Below the pieces are notes generated by a model that worked only from the letters and a program-made list of their open reading frames with translations, did no database searches and was not told the origin of the DNA. The position numbers were made by a program, and so were the translations under genes. From a virus, in IMG/VR virus record IMGVR_UViG_3300011113_000736, positions 6,610 through 70,609 of that record: a stretch of 64,000 nucleotides of DNA, one strand, 5' to 3'. Shown here piece after piece: positions 20,340 through 31,289 of the stretch (position 1 is its first letter; each line of letters opens with the position of its first letter).

Positions 20340-21095
20340 ATGCCAATTCCCAAGAGAGGCTCTGTTCACATCAAGCGTGGAACAGCAAGAGAAGACGGCA
20401 AAATTTTTTGGGGTTATAAAAAAAATGAAGAATTATGGATTACTAAAGAGCAATATGAGAAAAGAGAAAACACAAGAAGAGAATATATTCGTAAATGTCG
20501 CCAAAGCTATTATGAGCGACAACAAGCAAAACATGAAGTTGAAAGAAATTTCATTGGAAAATATGATTCTGCAAGAAATTTGTATTTCTTAAGAGTAAGC
20601 TCATCAGGTAAAGAAATTTGGGGAACAAAATATCAATTGGAAGAATTAAGAAAAAAGCACACAGGTTATAGAAGAAAAATGTATCAACGCTTGTTAGAAC
20701 AACATCCTAAAACAGGTCTAAAAATTGGTGATAAAAATCCAGAGAATCCCAATCAATATGTAATATTTTTTATTGGTAACAAGCCATATTTTGGTTCAAA
20801 ACACCAACTTAAAGGAAGACAACAAGGCAGGGCTATATCTTACAGAAAAAGAAACGAAAAGTATAAATTGCAAAGAGAAGCTAAGTTGAAAAGTATCGAT
20901 AAAAGAATTAAAAGGGGAACTGAAAACCCTGAAACAGGATTGTTGTTTCTTTACTATACACAAAGTGGAAATGAAAGATGGGTTACTAAAGAACATTATC
21001 AAAAAGTTTTAGAACAAGAAAAAATACGCAAAATAAGACAGAAGGCAAAAGCGTATATACAAGTATGCAAGGATTTAGAAAATACATCGAATTAA
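20340..21095 (+). CDS. Basic protein with four ~30-aa repeats (possible nucleic-acid binding or endonuclease-derived)
   Basis: KRGT...IFWGY...ELWITKEQY-type unit repeated; SD AAAGGAG. Confidence 0.6.
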   Translation: MPIPKRGSVHIKRGTAREDGKIFWGYKKNEELWITKEQYEKRENTRREYIRKCRQSYYERQQAKHEVERNFIGKYDSARNLYFLRVSSSGKEIWGTKYQLEELRKKHTGYRRKMYQRLLEQHPKTGLKIGDKNPENPNQYVIFFIGNKPYFGSKHQLKGRQQGRAISYRKRNEKYKLQREAKLKSIDKRIKRGTENPETGLLFLYYTQSGNERWVTKEHYQKVLEQEKIRKIRQKAKAYIQVCKDLENTSN

Positions 21096-21559
21096 ATGAG
21101 CAACAGCAACACGCTGGAGAAATGCGTCTTGACGAGCGTCAACAGTTCGGCAAGACAATGCTTTATCCTTTAGGATATGGTGGGTTAGGAAACTACCCAC
21201 CTTCCTATATGATACCTAGCCAAGCTGATGCAATTACTTATTTGACTGACGATGCTCGTTTGTGGTCAATTTGGGAAAAAGCTCCATTCCCAATTCACCA
21301 TCTTAAACCTGCTCCCGTTCCGCACAAGGAGCCAAAACTTAAAGGCAAAATTATTCCTTGGAAAGATCACAAGAAATTCCTTGCTAATAACATGGTTGGT
21401 ATTGATTCCAAACTTCCTCCCGGTGATGTTATTCCTTGGAACAAAAAGGACTGCTTGCCTTGCACAGTTAAAGCTCCAGAAACACTTGATCCTCGACTTT
21501 GCGGTAAGAAAGCCGAGGATTCAGTGTGCAAGCATATGTGGAAGATGCCGCCTTATTAA
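21065..21559 (+). CDS. Pro-rich protein with CTS-like N-terminus
   Basis: MQGFRKYIELNE. Confidence 0.65.
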   Translation: MQGFRKYIELNEQQQHAGEMRLDERQQFGKTMLYPLGYGGLGNYPPSYMIPSQADAITYLTDDARLWSIWEKAPFPIHHLKPAPVPHKEPKLKGKIIPWKDHKKFLANNMVGIDSKLPPGDVIPWNKKDCLPCTVKAPETLDPRLCGKKAEDSVCKHMWKMPPY

Positions 21560-23325
21560 ACAATTTCAAACCAAGACAAATCTGCCAAAACTTTAGTATT
21601 AGCAGATGTTGCTGCCATTGCTACTGTCAGTACATCAGATACGCCATTTATGGTTCTGCCTAATTGAAAATTGAATTCACTTATAGATGCGATATCCAAA
21701 GATCCTTGTTTATTAACATATCCACCAATAATATTATTTCCGCTTAAAAGCGATGTCGCAGAAGTATCATATTGAACATTTCCATTATAATGAGTAGCCC
21801 AACTAGCACCAGTTAAAGTTGGATTTATAATAATTCTATACTGAATGTCTTGGTTACTAGTTACTATAGCATTTAAATTTGAAGGTACAATAATCGAATC
21901 CAATCTGCCTGAAGCAAGACGAATTGAAATAATTGGATACAAAACATCAGCGTTTGTTAAGTTTTTAGGTGTTGTTCCTAAATCAACATTATATCTTCTG
22001 CTAAATCCTTCATATCCTGCTTCTGAGATAACGCTATTACAAATTTGCTTTAGGTTACCAGATCTGGTGACTGCTGTGGTATTTGTAATTTCATATCTCA
22101 AAGGCAGACACGCAGTTGTCATGTAAGTGCCACTAATTGGACTTGGGCTAACTGGTGTATGTTTGAATGTGTGACAATTTACATATTGACCATTTAAAAC
22201 AAAACCAACTCTTACATCACCGACACCAAGCCATTCGATGTCAATGAACAAGATCATTGAACTGCTGAAATCGTTAAGTGTGTAACCACTTGGACCTGTT
22301 CCATTCAAATTGTCAACATTCCATGAACCTTTTGCTACTCTTTCTTCTGTTACAACACCAGAAATGTTTGTTCTTAAAACAAATGTAGGTGTTGTGCCAT
22401 TTATCTCAAAATAAATACCGTTTTCAGCGCCAAAATATCCGCATCTTTGTCTTTGTCCTGCTTGACCAGAACACATGGTAAATGTGCTGTAAATCAACAA
22501 AGATTTTCCGGGTTGGTATGGCATAACTCGTTTGGTTTCGCATACTACTTGTGCGCCTGATGCCAAACTTGTGTTGAGGTTAACAAGGCTGCCATAGAGG
22601 TCATAAGAGGTTGATCCTCCGCCGCTTGTGACATAATCCCATTTATCATTTATTTGATATCTGTTTTGGCTGTCAAACAATGTAAATGGATTGCTTACCC
22701 TAAGTCTGCCGAAAGCGTCAGTGGTGCCTGCTGCAAATGTCACAGGTATGCCGCCACCACCAATTGATCCTGAACTGATTGATACAGGTAAAGGATTTGT
22801 TGGGCTTACTACAGCACCACTATTCATGATTTGAGTCAAGCCAGATGCAACATTTACTACACCAGACATAACATGAATTTCACCTGAATTCACATATGCT
22901 TTTACTGTGCCTGAATTTATTGTTGCTATAACATTTCCAGAAGTGATATAAGAATTGATATTTCCTGAATTTATATAAGCATTAATATTTCCTGAGTTAA
23001 TTACAGCATTGACATTACCAGAAGTAACATAAACATTTCCAGATTGAATATAAGAATTGACTTGTCCAGATATAACATGAACTTCGCCGGAAAGCAAAGC
23101 AAATGTACCTGAAGAAAATGTTATATTAAAAGATCCAGAACTTAGTGTAATGCTTGCCGAACCAATTGTAACAGGAAGAGGATTAGTTGCACTTGCTTCA
23201 GTGACACTATTGTTATCACCAAAAACAACTTTTGTTTTAAGATATTTGACATCACCTACTTGATCTGCCGCTAATGGCATATCATGGTCTGTAGCACGAA
23301 ATGTATCTGGCATGGGGGACTCCAT
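21556..23325 (-). CDS. Probable tail fibre or other structural protein
   Basis: x-N/T-S-G 9-residue repeats; TDAFGRLRVSNPFTLFD domain. Confidence 0.7.
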   Translation of the reverse strand: MESPMPDTFRATDHDMPLAADQVGDVKYLKTKVVFGDNNSVTEASATNPLPVTIGSASITLSSGSFNITFSSGTFALLSGEVHVISGQVNSYIQSGNVYVTSGNVNAVINSGNINAYINSGNINSYITSGNVIATINSGTVKAYVNSGEIHVMSGVVNVASGLTQIMNSGAVVSPTNPLPVSISSGSIGGGGIPVTFAAGTTDAFGRLRVSNPFTLFDSQNRYQINDKWDYVTSGGGSTSYDLYGSLVNLNTSLASGAQVVCETKRVMPYQPGKSLLIYSTFTMCSGQAGQRQRCGYFGAENGIYFEINGTTPTFVLRTNISGVVTEERVAKGSWNVDNLNGTGPSGYTLNDFSSSMILFIDIEWLGVGDVRVGFVLNGQYVNCHTFKHTPVSPSPISGTYMTTACLPLRYEITNTTAVTRSGNLKQICNSVISEAGYEGFSRRYNVDLGTTPKNLTNADVLYPIISIRLASGRLDSIIVPSNLNAIVTSNQDIQYRIIINPTLTGASWATHYNGNVQYDTSATSLLSGNNIIGGYVNKQGSLDIASISEFNFQLGRTINGVSDVLTVAMAATSANTKVLADLSWFEIV

Positions 23326-23345
23326 TTTGAAAAATGTTATACTAT

Positions 23346-23774
23346 TTATTCGAAATATCCTCTATTTTTTAACTCTTTGATAAAAGAATATAATTTAGGC
23401 ACTAAATTGTATTCTTTGCAATCTTCAAAACTGCACCAAACAAATTTGTCATGTTCTTCATTCAAAATAACTTTGGAACTATTAACTTCTGCTACATAAA
23501 GATAATTTAAATATTCGTTATTGATTTGCGTTTCTAATAATTTTATATCTGATTTTTTTAATTCTATACCTGTTTCTTCAAAGACTTCTCGTTCTGCTGC
23601 ATCAAGTGGGCTTTCGCCTTTTTCAACATGTCCTCCCGGCAAGCAATAATGCAAAGGCATCCATTCCGCTGTATTGCTTCTTCTGACTAATAAAATTCTT
23701 TTTTGTAGATTAAAAATTGCAACAGATGATGCTTTTTTTAGTTTTTTATTAAAAAAATCCTTGAAACTACTCAT
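23346..23774 (-). CDS. Nudix hydrolase with CTS-like N-terminus
   Basis: GGHVEKGESPLDAAEREVFEETG Nudix box; MSSFKDFF. Confidence 0.9.
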   Translation of the reverse strand: MSSFKDFFNKKLKKASSVAIFNLQKRILLVRRSNTAEWMPLHYCLPGGHVEKGESPLDAAEREVFEETGIELKKSDIKLLETQINNEYLNYLYVAEVNSSKVILNEEHDKFVWCSFEDCKEYNLVPKLYSFIKELKNRGYFE

Positions 23775-23911
23775 TTGTTTTCTTCCTTATTTTCATTTTT
23801 AACTTCTGGTTTTATTGGTTTACGCTTAATAACTCTGCTATTTCCTTTTCTTTTTGATTTTCCTGATGATCTACCGCAACACATTTGACCTCCAAATTAA
23901 TATATTAAACT

Positions 23912-24574
23912 ATGAATGTCCTTGTCTCTACTGTGCCACGATCAGGAAGCACATTATTATTTAATATTTGTAGATTATTATTTGAGCAAGTTTACGGAAA
24001 AGACAAAACATACGCAACTTGGTGTCAATTTCACAAGCAAGAAAATGAAAAAGAATATAATGTGATAAAAATACACGATAGAAATACAAAATATACTAAT
24101 TGGTCAAATAAAATAATAACAAGTATAAGAGATATAAGATACATTATAGCAAGTTACGCCGAATTTAATAAAAAATTTAACATAAATGACCCTAACAATC
24201 TAATGAATGTTTGTAAAGGCTTTGTTAGGATAATAGAAAACAACTGTGCTGTAGCTGATTATGTTTTTAGATATGAAGAATATTTTAAAGATCAGCATAA
24301 AGTTATTATTGATGTTATTAAATGCTTAGAATTGCCACTAGAAAAAATTAATATAAATTCATTGATAAAAGAAATAGAAAAAATAAAAAAAACAAAATAC
24401 AAAAATCTTGATGCAGGAAAAACTCAAATGCATCCCAATCATATTAGTCCAAAGTCATCAGCACATATTACTGAACGCATAACTATAGAACAATTGCGTT
24501 TTATTGAAACTAATTTTTCTTGGTTTTTTCCAAAGTATGGTTATGAGATAACAAGTTTGATAAAGATGCTATGA
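23912..24574 (+). CDS. Sulfotransferase-like protein
   Basis: PRSGST 5'-PSB loop; RD..S motif; RYEE. Confidence 0.7.
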   Translation: MNVLVSTVPRSGSTLLFNICRLLFEQVYGKDKTYATWCQFHKQENEKEYNVIKIHDRNTKYTNWSNKIITSIRDIRYIIASYAEFNKKFNINDPNNLMNVCKGFVRIIENNCAVADYVFRYEEYFKDQHKVIIDVIKCLELPLEKININSLIKEIEKIKKTKYKNLDAGKTQMHPNHISPKSSAHITERITIEQLRFIETNFSWFFPKYGYEITSLIKML

Positions 24575-24580
24575 GGAAAT

Positions 24581-25186
24581 ATGGAATTAGTCGGAAAAGA
24601 ACTTTGTGGAAAAAATATCTACTTTGTAAAAAGACCTAACAGATTGTCTATGTATCACCATGAAAAAAAAGTTGGCGAAATAACTCTCAATGAAAATGGC
24701 AATGTAATTGCCACAAGTGTTTATGAAAAACAATATTTAAAAAATATGATTTACTACATTAACACTAATAAAAATTTAATAATAGATGACATAAAAGGGT
24801 TTCCTTGTAATTATAAGGATTTAAATAAAATAAAAGAAAGATTACATCCTGATACTTTGTTTCGTTGTGCCATCATAGCCAGTAGCGTGAAATTGGCAGA
24901 ATACGCATTAGAAAGGGAAGCTTTTTTAACAAAAGAAACTCTCATAAGTTCAGCTATTCATAGTGCTAGCATTTTAGCAATACATTTAAGAACAATCAAT
25001 GACCATATAGAAGAAGCAATGGAAGCAGCTTTCGTTAACAAAAATTATGATTCTATAAAAATACTAGCTAAAAGAACAAATAATTTAGAGAAATATATCA
25101 ATATGTGCAATCAAGAAGAAAAATATAAAGTCATAAAAAAGATACTTATTGATGCTTTCGTGCAAAGGAATAGTAATGCAAAATGA
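24581..25186 (+). CDS. Hypothetical protein with weak ankyrin-like C-terminus
   Basis: AAFVNKNYDSIKILA. Confidence 0.5.
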   Translation: MELVGKELCGKNIYFVKRPNRLSMYHHEKKVGEITLNENGNVIATSVYEKQYLKNMIYYINTNKNLIIDDIKGFPCNYKDLNKIKERLHPDTLFRCAIIASSVKLAEYALEREAFLTKETLISSAIHSASILAIHLRTINDHIEEAMEAAFVNKNYDSIKILAKRTNNLEKYINMCNQEEKYKVIKKILIDAFVQRNSNAK

Positions 25187-25958
25187 ATTAGTCAGCATAA
25201 TTATACCAACTTATAATAGGTTTGATAAACTTGAAAGAGCAGTTGTTTCGGCAATTAATCAAAAACACAAAAATATTGAGATAATAATAACAAGTGATAA
25301 TGAAGATGAAATAAATGACAAATTGAAAGAAAAGTATGAAGCTCTAGACAATAGAATAAAATTTTTAGTCAACAAAGGAGAAAAGTGTGTTGGTAATTGG
25401 AATAATGGATTAAATCATGCTAATGGTAATTTTATCAAAATACTTTTTGATGATGATTGGATGAATGAGGATTGCATTAAAATTTGTATTGAAAAAATAG
25501 GGAATCATAATGGCATTACTTTCAAATGTAACAACCATTTATCAGATGGAAGTATTACTTGTGGACCAGAACTAATTGCAGGATCACATGATTATGCAGA
25601 AACATTAAAATTATTGACTTCGATTAATTTAGATGGATTTTTTGATATGTGTGTCAGTCCATGTGCTTATTTTTTCAAAAACAACAAAATAAGATTTCAA
25701 TCTAATTTTAAAGAGGATAATAGAATATCAAATTGGGGCAGCGGATCTGACATAATATATGTTTTAGACACGCTATTAGCAAGTGGAGAAAAAGAAAAAT
25801 ATTGTCTTTTAGTAATAGAAGATGTTTTAGTAAATTTTGAATCGCATGAAAATAGCACAACAGTGAAAAATTTGAAAGAAGTCATGTCTCTTACTTTAGC
25901 TGGAATGATTTATGCCAAAAAGAAATATATCAAAAAAATAGCAATAGGATTTATTTAA
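25176..25958 (+). CDS. Glycosyltransferase family 2
   Basis: VSIIIPTYNR...NWNNGL...LFDDD. Confidence 0.88.
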   Translation: MQNELVSIIIPTYNRFDKLERAVVSAINQKHKNIEIIITSDNEDEINDKLKEKYEALDNRIKFLVNKGEKCVGNWNNGLNHANGNFIKILFDDDWMNEDCIKICIEKIGNHNGITFKCNNHLSDGSITCGPELIAGSHDYAETLKLLTSINLDGFFDMCVSPCAYFFKNNKIRFQSNFKEDNRISNWGSGSDIIYVLDTLLASGEKEKYCLLVIEDVLVNFESHENSTTVKNLKEVMSLTLAGMIYAKKKYIKKIAIGFI

Positions 25959-25959
25959 T

Positions 25960-27465
25960 ATGAATGATATCGCAATAATTGGTTATACAGGTTTTGTTGG
26001 TAGCTTTATTAATGAAAAAATACCACATTCAGACAATTACAATTCATCAAACATTCAAGAGATAAAAAACAAAAAATACGAGACAATTTATTGTGCAGGA
26101 CTTCCTGCTCAAAAGTGGCTAATAAACCAAAATGCTCAAAAAGATTTAGACAATATAAATGAAATAATCACCTGTCTCAGCACAGTTGAATGCAAAATGT
26201 TTTATTTATTTTCAACAATTGATGTTTACGATAAAGACAATCCAAAAGAAATGACAAAAGAACCTTATGGTAAAAATCGTTATTATTTTGAACAATTCAT
26301 ATCAAACAGATACAAAGATTATCGTATAATAAGACTTCCTGCTTTGTTTGGACTTGGACTAAAGAAAAATTTAATATATGATATAATCAACAACAATCAG
26401 ATTGAAAAAATAAATGTAAACATAGACTACCAATGGTACAACATGCATGATTTATGGGAAGACATTAATTTGCTTCCAAAAATCAATGGCGTGTTTGATT
26501 TTTTCAGCACACCAATAAGCACTAAAATCATTGTTAAAGATTGCTTTGGCAATGATAAATTGCAACAATTAGAAAAAAACAATTTTATTAACAAATCAAA
26601 AAGTTATGATATCGAAACTTTTAGTACAGCCAAAGGAACAAGAAATATAATTAACAAAATGAAAAAGTTTGTTACTGTTGATAAACATAAAAATCAAAAC
26701 AACATTTCTGTTTCATGTTTAATGTGGAAGAAGGAGGACGAAGACAAAATTCCCTTCCTATTGGAAAGATATGGAATTAAAAAAGTAGAAATAGCACCTA
26801 CCAGATATTTTAAGTGGGACTCTGACGACACAACAATAAAAAATCAAACAAAACATTTGACTGACTATGGAATACAATTTTATTCTATGCAATCATTGTT
26901 TAACGGAATTGATGTTAATTTATTTGATCATAATGACAAATTTATTGATCACTTTAAAAGAATAAAAGATATAGCATTATTATTGGGAGCAAAGCGTTTA
27001 GTATATGGATCACCTACTACAAGGTATATAAAAGACGGATCAAACCATGATGAAATCTTCATAGAAACATTTCAAAAGATATCAGATGTGTTTGACGATA
27101 CAGACATAGTTGTTTGTGTAGAACCTAATTCAAAAAAATACGGATGTAATTATTTGTATAATTTTGATCAAGTTGCCAACATTGTTAATAAAATCGATAT
27201 GCCAAATATAAAAATAAATTTTGATTCTGGCAATGCAATTATGGAAAATGATGAAGAATATAAAATAATTAATCAGTCAAATAAAATATATCATGCACAC
27301 ATCAGCAAGCCAAATTTATTTTATGTGGAAAATATTGACTATTTGAGAACTTTCAAAAAACTTATTTGCAAGATGCCTATAAATATAGAAGCAAAAGAAA
27401 TAGATTTGAGTTCAATATCAAATGTATTGTATGAAATAATTTCGGAGTTGTATGGCGAAAAGTAA
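25960..27465 (+). CDS. NAD-dependent epimerase fused to a sugar-phosphate isomerase (TIM barrel)
   Basis: GYTGFVG, YGKNR, IIRLP; second half VEIAP, LVYGSP, CVEPN, NFDSG, HAHIS. Confidence 0.8.
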   Translation: MNDIAIIGYTGFVGSFINEKIPHSDNYNSSNIQEIKNKKYETIYCAGLPAQKWLINQNAQKDLDNINEIITCLSTVECKMFYLFSTIDVYDKDNPKEMTKEPYGKNRYYFEQFISNRYKDYRIIRLPALFGLGLKKNLIYDIINNNQIEKINVNIDYQWYNMHDLWEDINLLPKINGVFDFFSTPISTKIIVKDCFGNDKLQQLEKNNFINKSKSYDIETFSTAKGTRNIINKMKKFVTVDKHKNQNNISVSCLMWKKEDEDKIPFLLERYGIKKVEIAPTRYFKWDSDDTTIKNQTKHLTDYGIQFYSMQSLFNGIDVNLFDHNDKFIDHFKRIKDIALLLGAKRLVYGSPTTRYIKDGSNHDEIFIETFQKISDVFDDTDIVVCVEPNSKKYGCNYLYNFDQVANIVNKIDMPNIKINFDSGNAIMENDEEYKIINQSNKIYHAHISKPNLFYVENIDYLRTFKKLICKMPINIEAKEIDLSSISNVLYEIISELYGEK

Positions 27466-28486
27466 ACCTAAATTTTTAATTATAGGATCAGGATGGTATG
27501 GTTGTCATGCTGCTTCTTTAATAAAGGATAAAGGATATGAATTTAATTTGGTTGATAAAACAAATCAAATATTTGTGGCATCTTCTTCTAAGAATCAGAA
27601 TAGACTGCATATAGGATTTCATTATCCCAGAAGTGAAAACACTAGAAAAGAATCTGTTGAAGGATATAAAAAGTTTATAAAAAAATATCCTAAATTATCT
27701 TTTGAAATAAAAGATAACATATATTGTATATCAAAAGATTCTGTTCTGGATTACCCAACTTATTGCAAGATAATGTGTAATGAAAAAAAATACTTTGAAA
27801 AAATAGATGATTTGAGCAATTTGCAAAGAAAACTAGATATAAACATAGATTTAATTGATGGTGCTATCAAAACAAAAGAAAGACTAATCAATCCTGAAAA
27901 AGTCAAAAATCATTTCGACAAATTATTAAAAGGAAGTTTGATTAAAATAAACACGGCACATGATGTAGAAAAAATAACAAAAAATTATGATTATGTTTTA
28001 GACTGTACTTTTGGACAAAGAGAAAATTTCAATGATTTTAAATATGAATTGTCAATATGTCTCATGTATAAGGCTAAAATAAAGAATTATGCTTTAACAG
28101 TCATGGATGGTCCATTCTTCTCAATTTTTCCTTACGATCTAAAAGAAAATCTTTACACATTGACCCATGTAAATTATACTCCAGTATGCGTTTCAGATGA
28201 TATCAATCATATCAATAAAGTAAAAAATAGTTTTAGACAAAAGCATTTAGCTAGAATAATTCGCAACATGGAAAAAGAAACATCTTGCTATATTCCAAAT
28301 TTCAACCAAATATTCAGTTACAATGGATACTACTTGTCTACAAAAACAAAAACATCACAAAAAAGCGATAATAGATCATTGTTTTGGAATATTGATGACA
28401 AAAAGATAAGTTTTGCTGGCGGAAAGATTACCGGCATATTTTCAATGGAAGAAGTAATTAAAAATCAAATTATAAAAAACTTATAA
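27452..28486 (+). CDS. FAD-dependent oxidoreductase
   Basis: IIGSGWYG; NQNRLHIGFHYPRS; GGKITG. Confidence 0.82.
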   Translation: MAKSKPKFLIIGSGWYGCHAASLIKDKGYEFNLVDKTNQIFVASSSKNQNRLHIGFHYPRSENTRKESVEGYKKFIKKYPKLSFEIKDNIYCISKDSVLDYPTYCKIMCNEKKYFEKIDDLSNLQRKLDINIDLIDGAIKTKERLINPEKVKNHFDKLLKGSLIKINTAHDVEKITKNYDYVLDCTFGQRENFNDFKYELSICLMYKAKIKNYALTVMDGPFFSIFPYDLKENLYTLTHVNYTPVCVSDDINHINKVKNSFRQKHLARIIRNMEKETSCYIPNFNQIFSYNGYYLSTKTKTSQKSDNRSLFWNIDDKKISFAGGKITGIFSMEEVIKNQIIKNL

Positions 28487-29476
28487 AAATTTTATTTTTC
28501 TGTCATCATATTCATATTTTTTGTATGCATGAAAGTCCACATGATTGCATTGTCTCAGGCTATAGCTGAAAGTATCAAATTTTCTTGGAATGAAACTGCA
28601 AAAGTGATCATTTAATATCCAGTTATTTCTTAAATGTTCTCTTATAAATTTTTCTGGATAAATACATTTGTATTTTTTTGCTATGTGGAATCCCCATGTA
28701 ACAAAATACTTATTTGTTTCTGGTTGGAATATCACATTTTTATCATTTGGATGCCATATGGCTAAATTATGGTTTTCCATCCTTTCATATATCTCATCTT
28801 TATGATCATATATTTCAGAAAGCTTTTTCATAACATTGTAATTGCCATAATTAAAATAATCGCAAATATCATTTGTATGATCATGATGAACTCTTTTTTG
28901 TTGCAAATACTCTTCTTGACAAGTAAGACATCCCCCTCCTCCACCATAATGCCTGTGATTAGCACCATTGTAACAAAACAAAACATTATTATCCAAGTGC
29001 CCTTTTATTATATTATATCTTTCTAAATTAAAATCATCTGGGAAAGTGTCAGCCCTGATTTTAAAAACCAAATCATATTTTTTATTATTTTCTTTTGCAT
29101 AACTTTCTACTAAATCAAAACATGTTTTTATCTTGTATAATTGAGATACAATATAAGTGCTAAAATCATAAGATTCTACAGAATTTTTTGCAATTAAAAA
29201 CCATAATGAATTATTGTTTTTTCTTAATGTGAAGGTTTTATTTTTTTCGTGAACATTCTCTATCAAATAAGATTTTGGTTGGATGATGTCAGTTATGCGT
29301 TTAAAATCTATTTTATTTTCTTGTGAGTCAATCCATTCTGTTTGTGATCTGTTGCCATGATCTTCCCATGTGCTGATAAAAACATCGCATTTATTATTCG
29401 CTAAAAAATGTTTCCAATAACCTTCCGAAATGTGAAAATTTCTAAAGTGACCACATACCATTATAGCTACATTCAT
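28481..29476 (-). CDS. Glycosyltransferase-like protein of phage glycan clusters
   Basis: VAIMVCGHFR, DVFISTW, YDLVFKIRAD. Confidence 0.6.
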   Translation of the reverse strand: MNVAIMVCGHFRNFHISEGYWKHFLANNKCDVFISTWEDHGNRSQTEWIDSQENKIDFKRITDIIQPKSYLIENVHEKNKTFTLRKNNNSLWFLIAKNSVESYDFSTYIVSQLYKIKTCFDLVESYAKENNKKYDLVFKIRADTFPDDFNLERYNIIKGHLDNNVLFCYNGANHRHYGGGGGCLTCQEEYLQQKRVHHDHTNDICDYFNYGNYNVMKKLSEIYDHKDEIYERMENHNLAIWHPNDKNVIFQPETNKYFVTWGFHIAKKYKCIYPEKFIREHLRNNWILNDHFCSFIPRKFDTFSYSLRQCNHVDFHAYKKYEYDDRKIKFL

Positions 29477-29563
29477 TTTTACACCTGTTACAGTAATAAT
29501 TTATTAATCTAGAATCAATATTGACTTGCTGCATTATAAATATTATAAATAAAAGGGGATCAA

Positions 29564-30070
29564 ATGAAAGATTTATGGCTAGCAGAAATGAATCTCTCAA
29601 CGCTTTTCAACAATACAGAAGTATTTCATTCTCGACGCATAGATGCTTCCAAAGATGTTCATGTTCTTGAAGTCAAATATGATTTATTACCACCAGACGC
29701 ACTTGTGGTCAAAGGAACAATAGGTGGTTTGACCGATACCTATCAGACAATTATTAAATTCTTAGAAATTAACTTGAAAGGTAAAACCCCAATAAACACT
29801 TTGAAAGGAATCAAGAAAATTACTAGAATTAATCCGAAAAATAACGATGTGCAAGTTTTTTGTGGATGTACATTTTTCAAATGGGCTTTTAATACACCAA
29901 ACTATCGTGTTGATGCATTGTTTGATCCTGCTAAGAACTTGAGAAAAGAAGAGCCTATTGGTTCTCTCAGAGGACACTCACCAAATCCAACTGGAATTCC
30001 GGGTTTGTGCAAACATTTAATAGCACTAGCCGATCACTTAAAAAATGAAAAGATTATAAATAATCTATAA
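29564..30070 (+). CDS. Protein with SWIM-like zinc finger
   Basis: CGCTFF...GLCKHL; TATAAATA upstream. Confidence 0.6.
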   Translation: MKDLWLAEMNLSTLFNNTEVFHSRRIDASKDVHVLEVKYDLLPPDALVVKGTIGGLTDTYQTIIKFLEINLKGKTPINTLKGIKKITRINPKNNDVQVFCGCTFFKWAFNTPNYRVDALFDPAKNLRKEEPIGSLRGHSPNPTGIPGLCKHLIALADHLKNEKIINNL

Positions 30071-30084
30071 CTTATGGTAAAAGT

Positions 30085-30636
30085 ATGACTAAACAAATTT
30101 TTGATAAATATTTTAATTGGCTTGAATCATTTTCTGATGTTCAAGAAAGAAAATTAAAAATAGCACCTCATGAAAAAAATTTCAAACATGATAGTTTGAC
30201 TCAAAAAATGGATGAGCTTTTAAAGAAAATTAATATTCAATCAATTCTAGATTACGGTGCTGGTTTATGCAGAAATTTACCTTTATTAAAAAGATATGCT
30301 GACAGTATTGATTATTTAGATCTAGAATGTTATAGAGAACATACACAAAATATACGCTATGATAATAAGTTTTACATAGATTTAATTCCATATAATCTGA
30401 ATAAAAAATATGATCTAATATATGCTTCTGTAGTTTTGCAACACATAGTTGATAAAGAAATAGTTCAAAAAATAATAACATTCATGTATGAAACAGGAAA
30501 ATATCTACTAATAGTTCAACATCCTTTAGCACCGATAATTGATATGGATGACAAATTTGAATTAATTTTTTCTGAAAAACATGATGGTCATTTTTATAAT
30601 TTATACAAATCAAAAAATGAATCATTTCAAAAATGA
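30085..30636 (+). CDS. Class I SAM-dependent methyltransferase
   Basis: ILDYGAGLCR; YDLIYASVVLQHI. Confidence 0.85.
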   Translation: MTKQIFDKYFNWLESFSDVQERKLKIAPHEKNFKHDSLTQKMDELLKKINIQSILDYGAGLCRNLPLLKRYADSIDYLDLECYREHTQNIRYDNKFYIDLIPYNLNKKYDLIYASVVLQHIVDKEIVQKIITFMYETGKYLLIVQHPLAPIIDMDDKFELIFSEKHDGHFYNLYKSKNESFQK

Positions 30637-30644
30637 AAAGATTA

Positions 30645-31289
30645 TTACAACGATTTAAACTTTTTCATTATTAGGCAATCGTTGTTTACAATATCTTCTT
30701 TTTGACAATATTGTAAAAGAAAATTGATTGCTTTTCTTGTAGTCACATGTGTGCCAACTTCAGACCAATATATATCATCAAAAAATATGTAACCACCAAT
30801 TTTTACCTTTGGCAAATACAATGTTGCATCTTTGTATGCTAAAGCTTCTGAATGATTTCCATCAATGTGTAACAGATCAATACTTTCATCTTTGAAGTTA
30901 CTATAAACATTTTCTGCTTTGTCCTTAATAACTTTGCTTATACCTTTCACATCAAACTTTTCCAAGTTAGAAATAAAATGGTTGTATATGTAACTCATAT
31001 CCAACTTGCTCCACCAATCGACATGCTCTTTGCCCTGCATATCTTCTAAAGCAGATTCTGTTGACCAAGGGTCAATTCCAATTATTTCTCCTTTGCCATT
31101 CTCTTTAATTGCCAGTGCTTGTGGAATAAAAGAAGATCCACCAAAAACACCAATCTCCACACACAAATCAGGCTTGATAGCATCTATGCAATTTATAAGC
31201 TTAGTAGCTTTATCAAGGCTACACCAACCCTCAATAGACTTTAGATTTTTCTCCACCACATCAATTACATTTTGCATTACCATCTCCAT
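30645..31289 (-). CDS. SAM-dependent methyltransferase (Methyltransf_24-like)
   Basis: VEIGVFGG, GIDPW, LHIDGNH, GGYIFFDD. Confidence 0.85.
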   Translation of the reverse strand: MEMVMQNVIDVVEKNLKSIEGWCSLDKATKLINCIDAIKPDLCVEIGVFGGSSFIPQALAIKENGKGEIIGIDPWSTESALEDMQGKEHVDWWSKLDMSYIYNHFISNLEKFDVKGISKVIKDKAENVYSNFKDESIDLLHIDGNHSEALAYKDATLYLPKVKIGGYIFFDDIYWSEVGTHVTTRKAINFLLQYCQKEDIVNNDCLIMKKFKSL

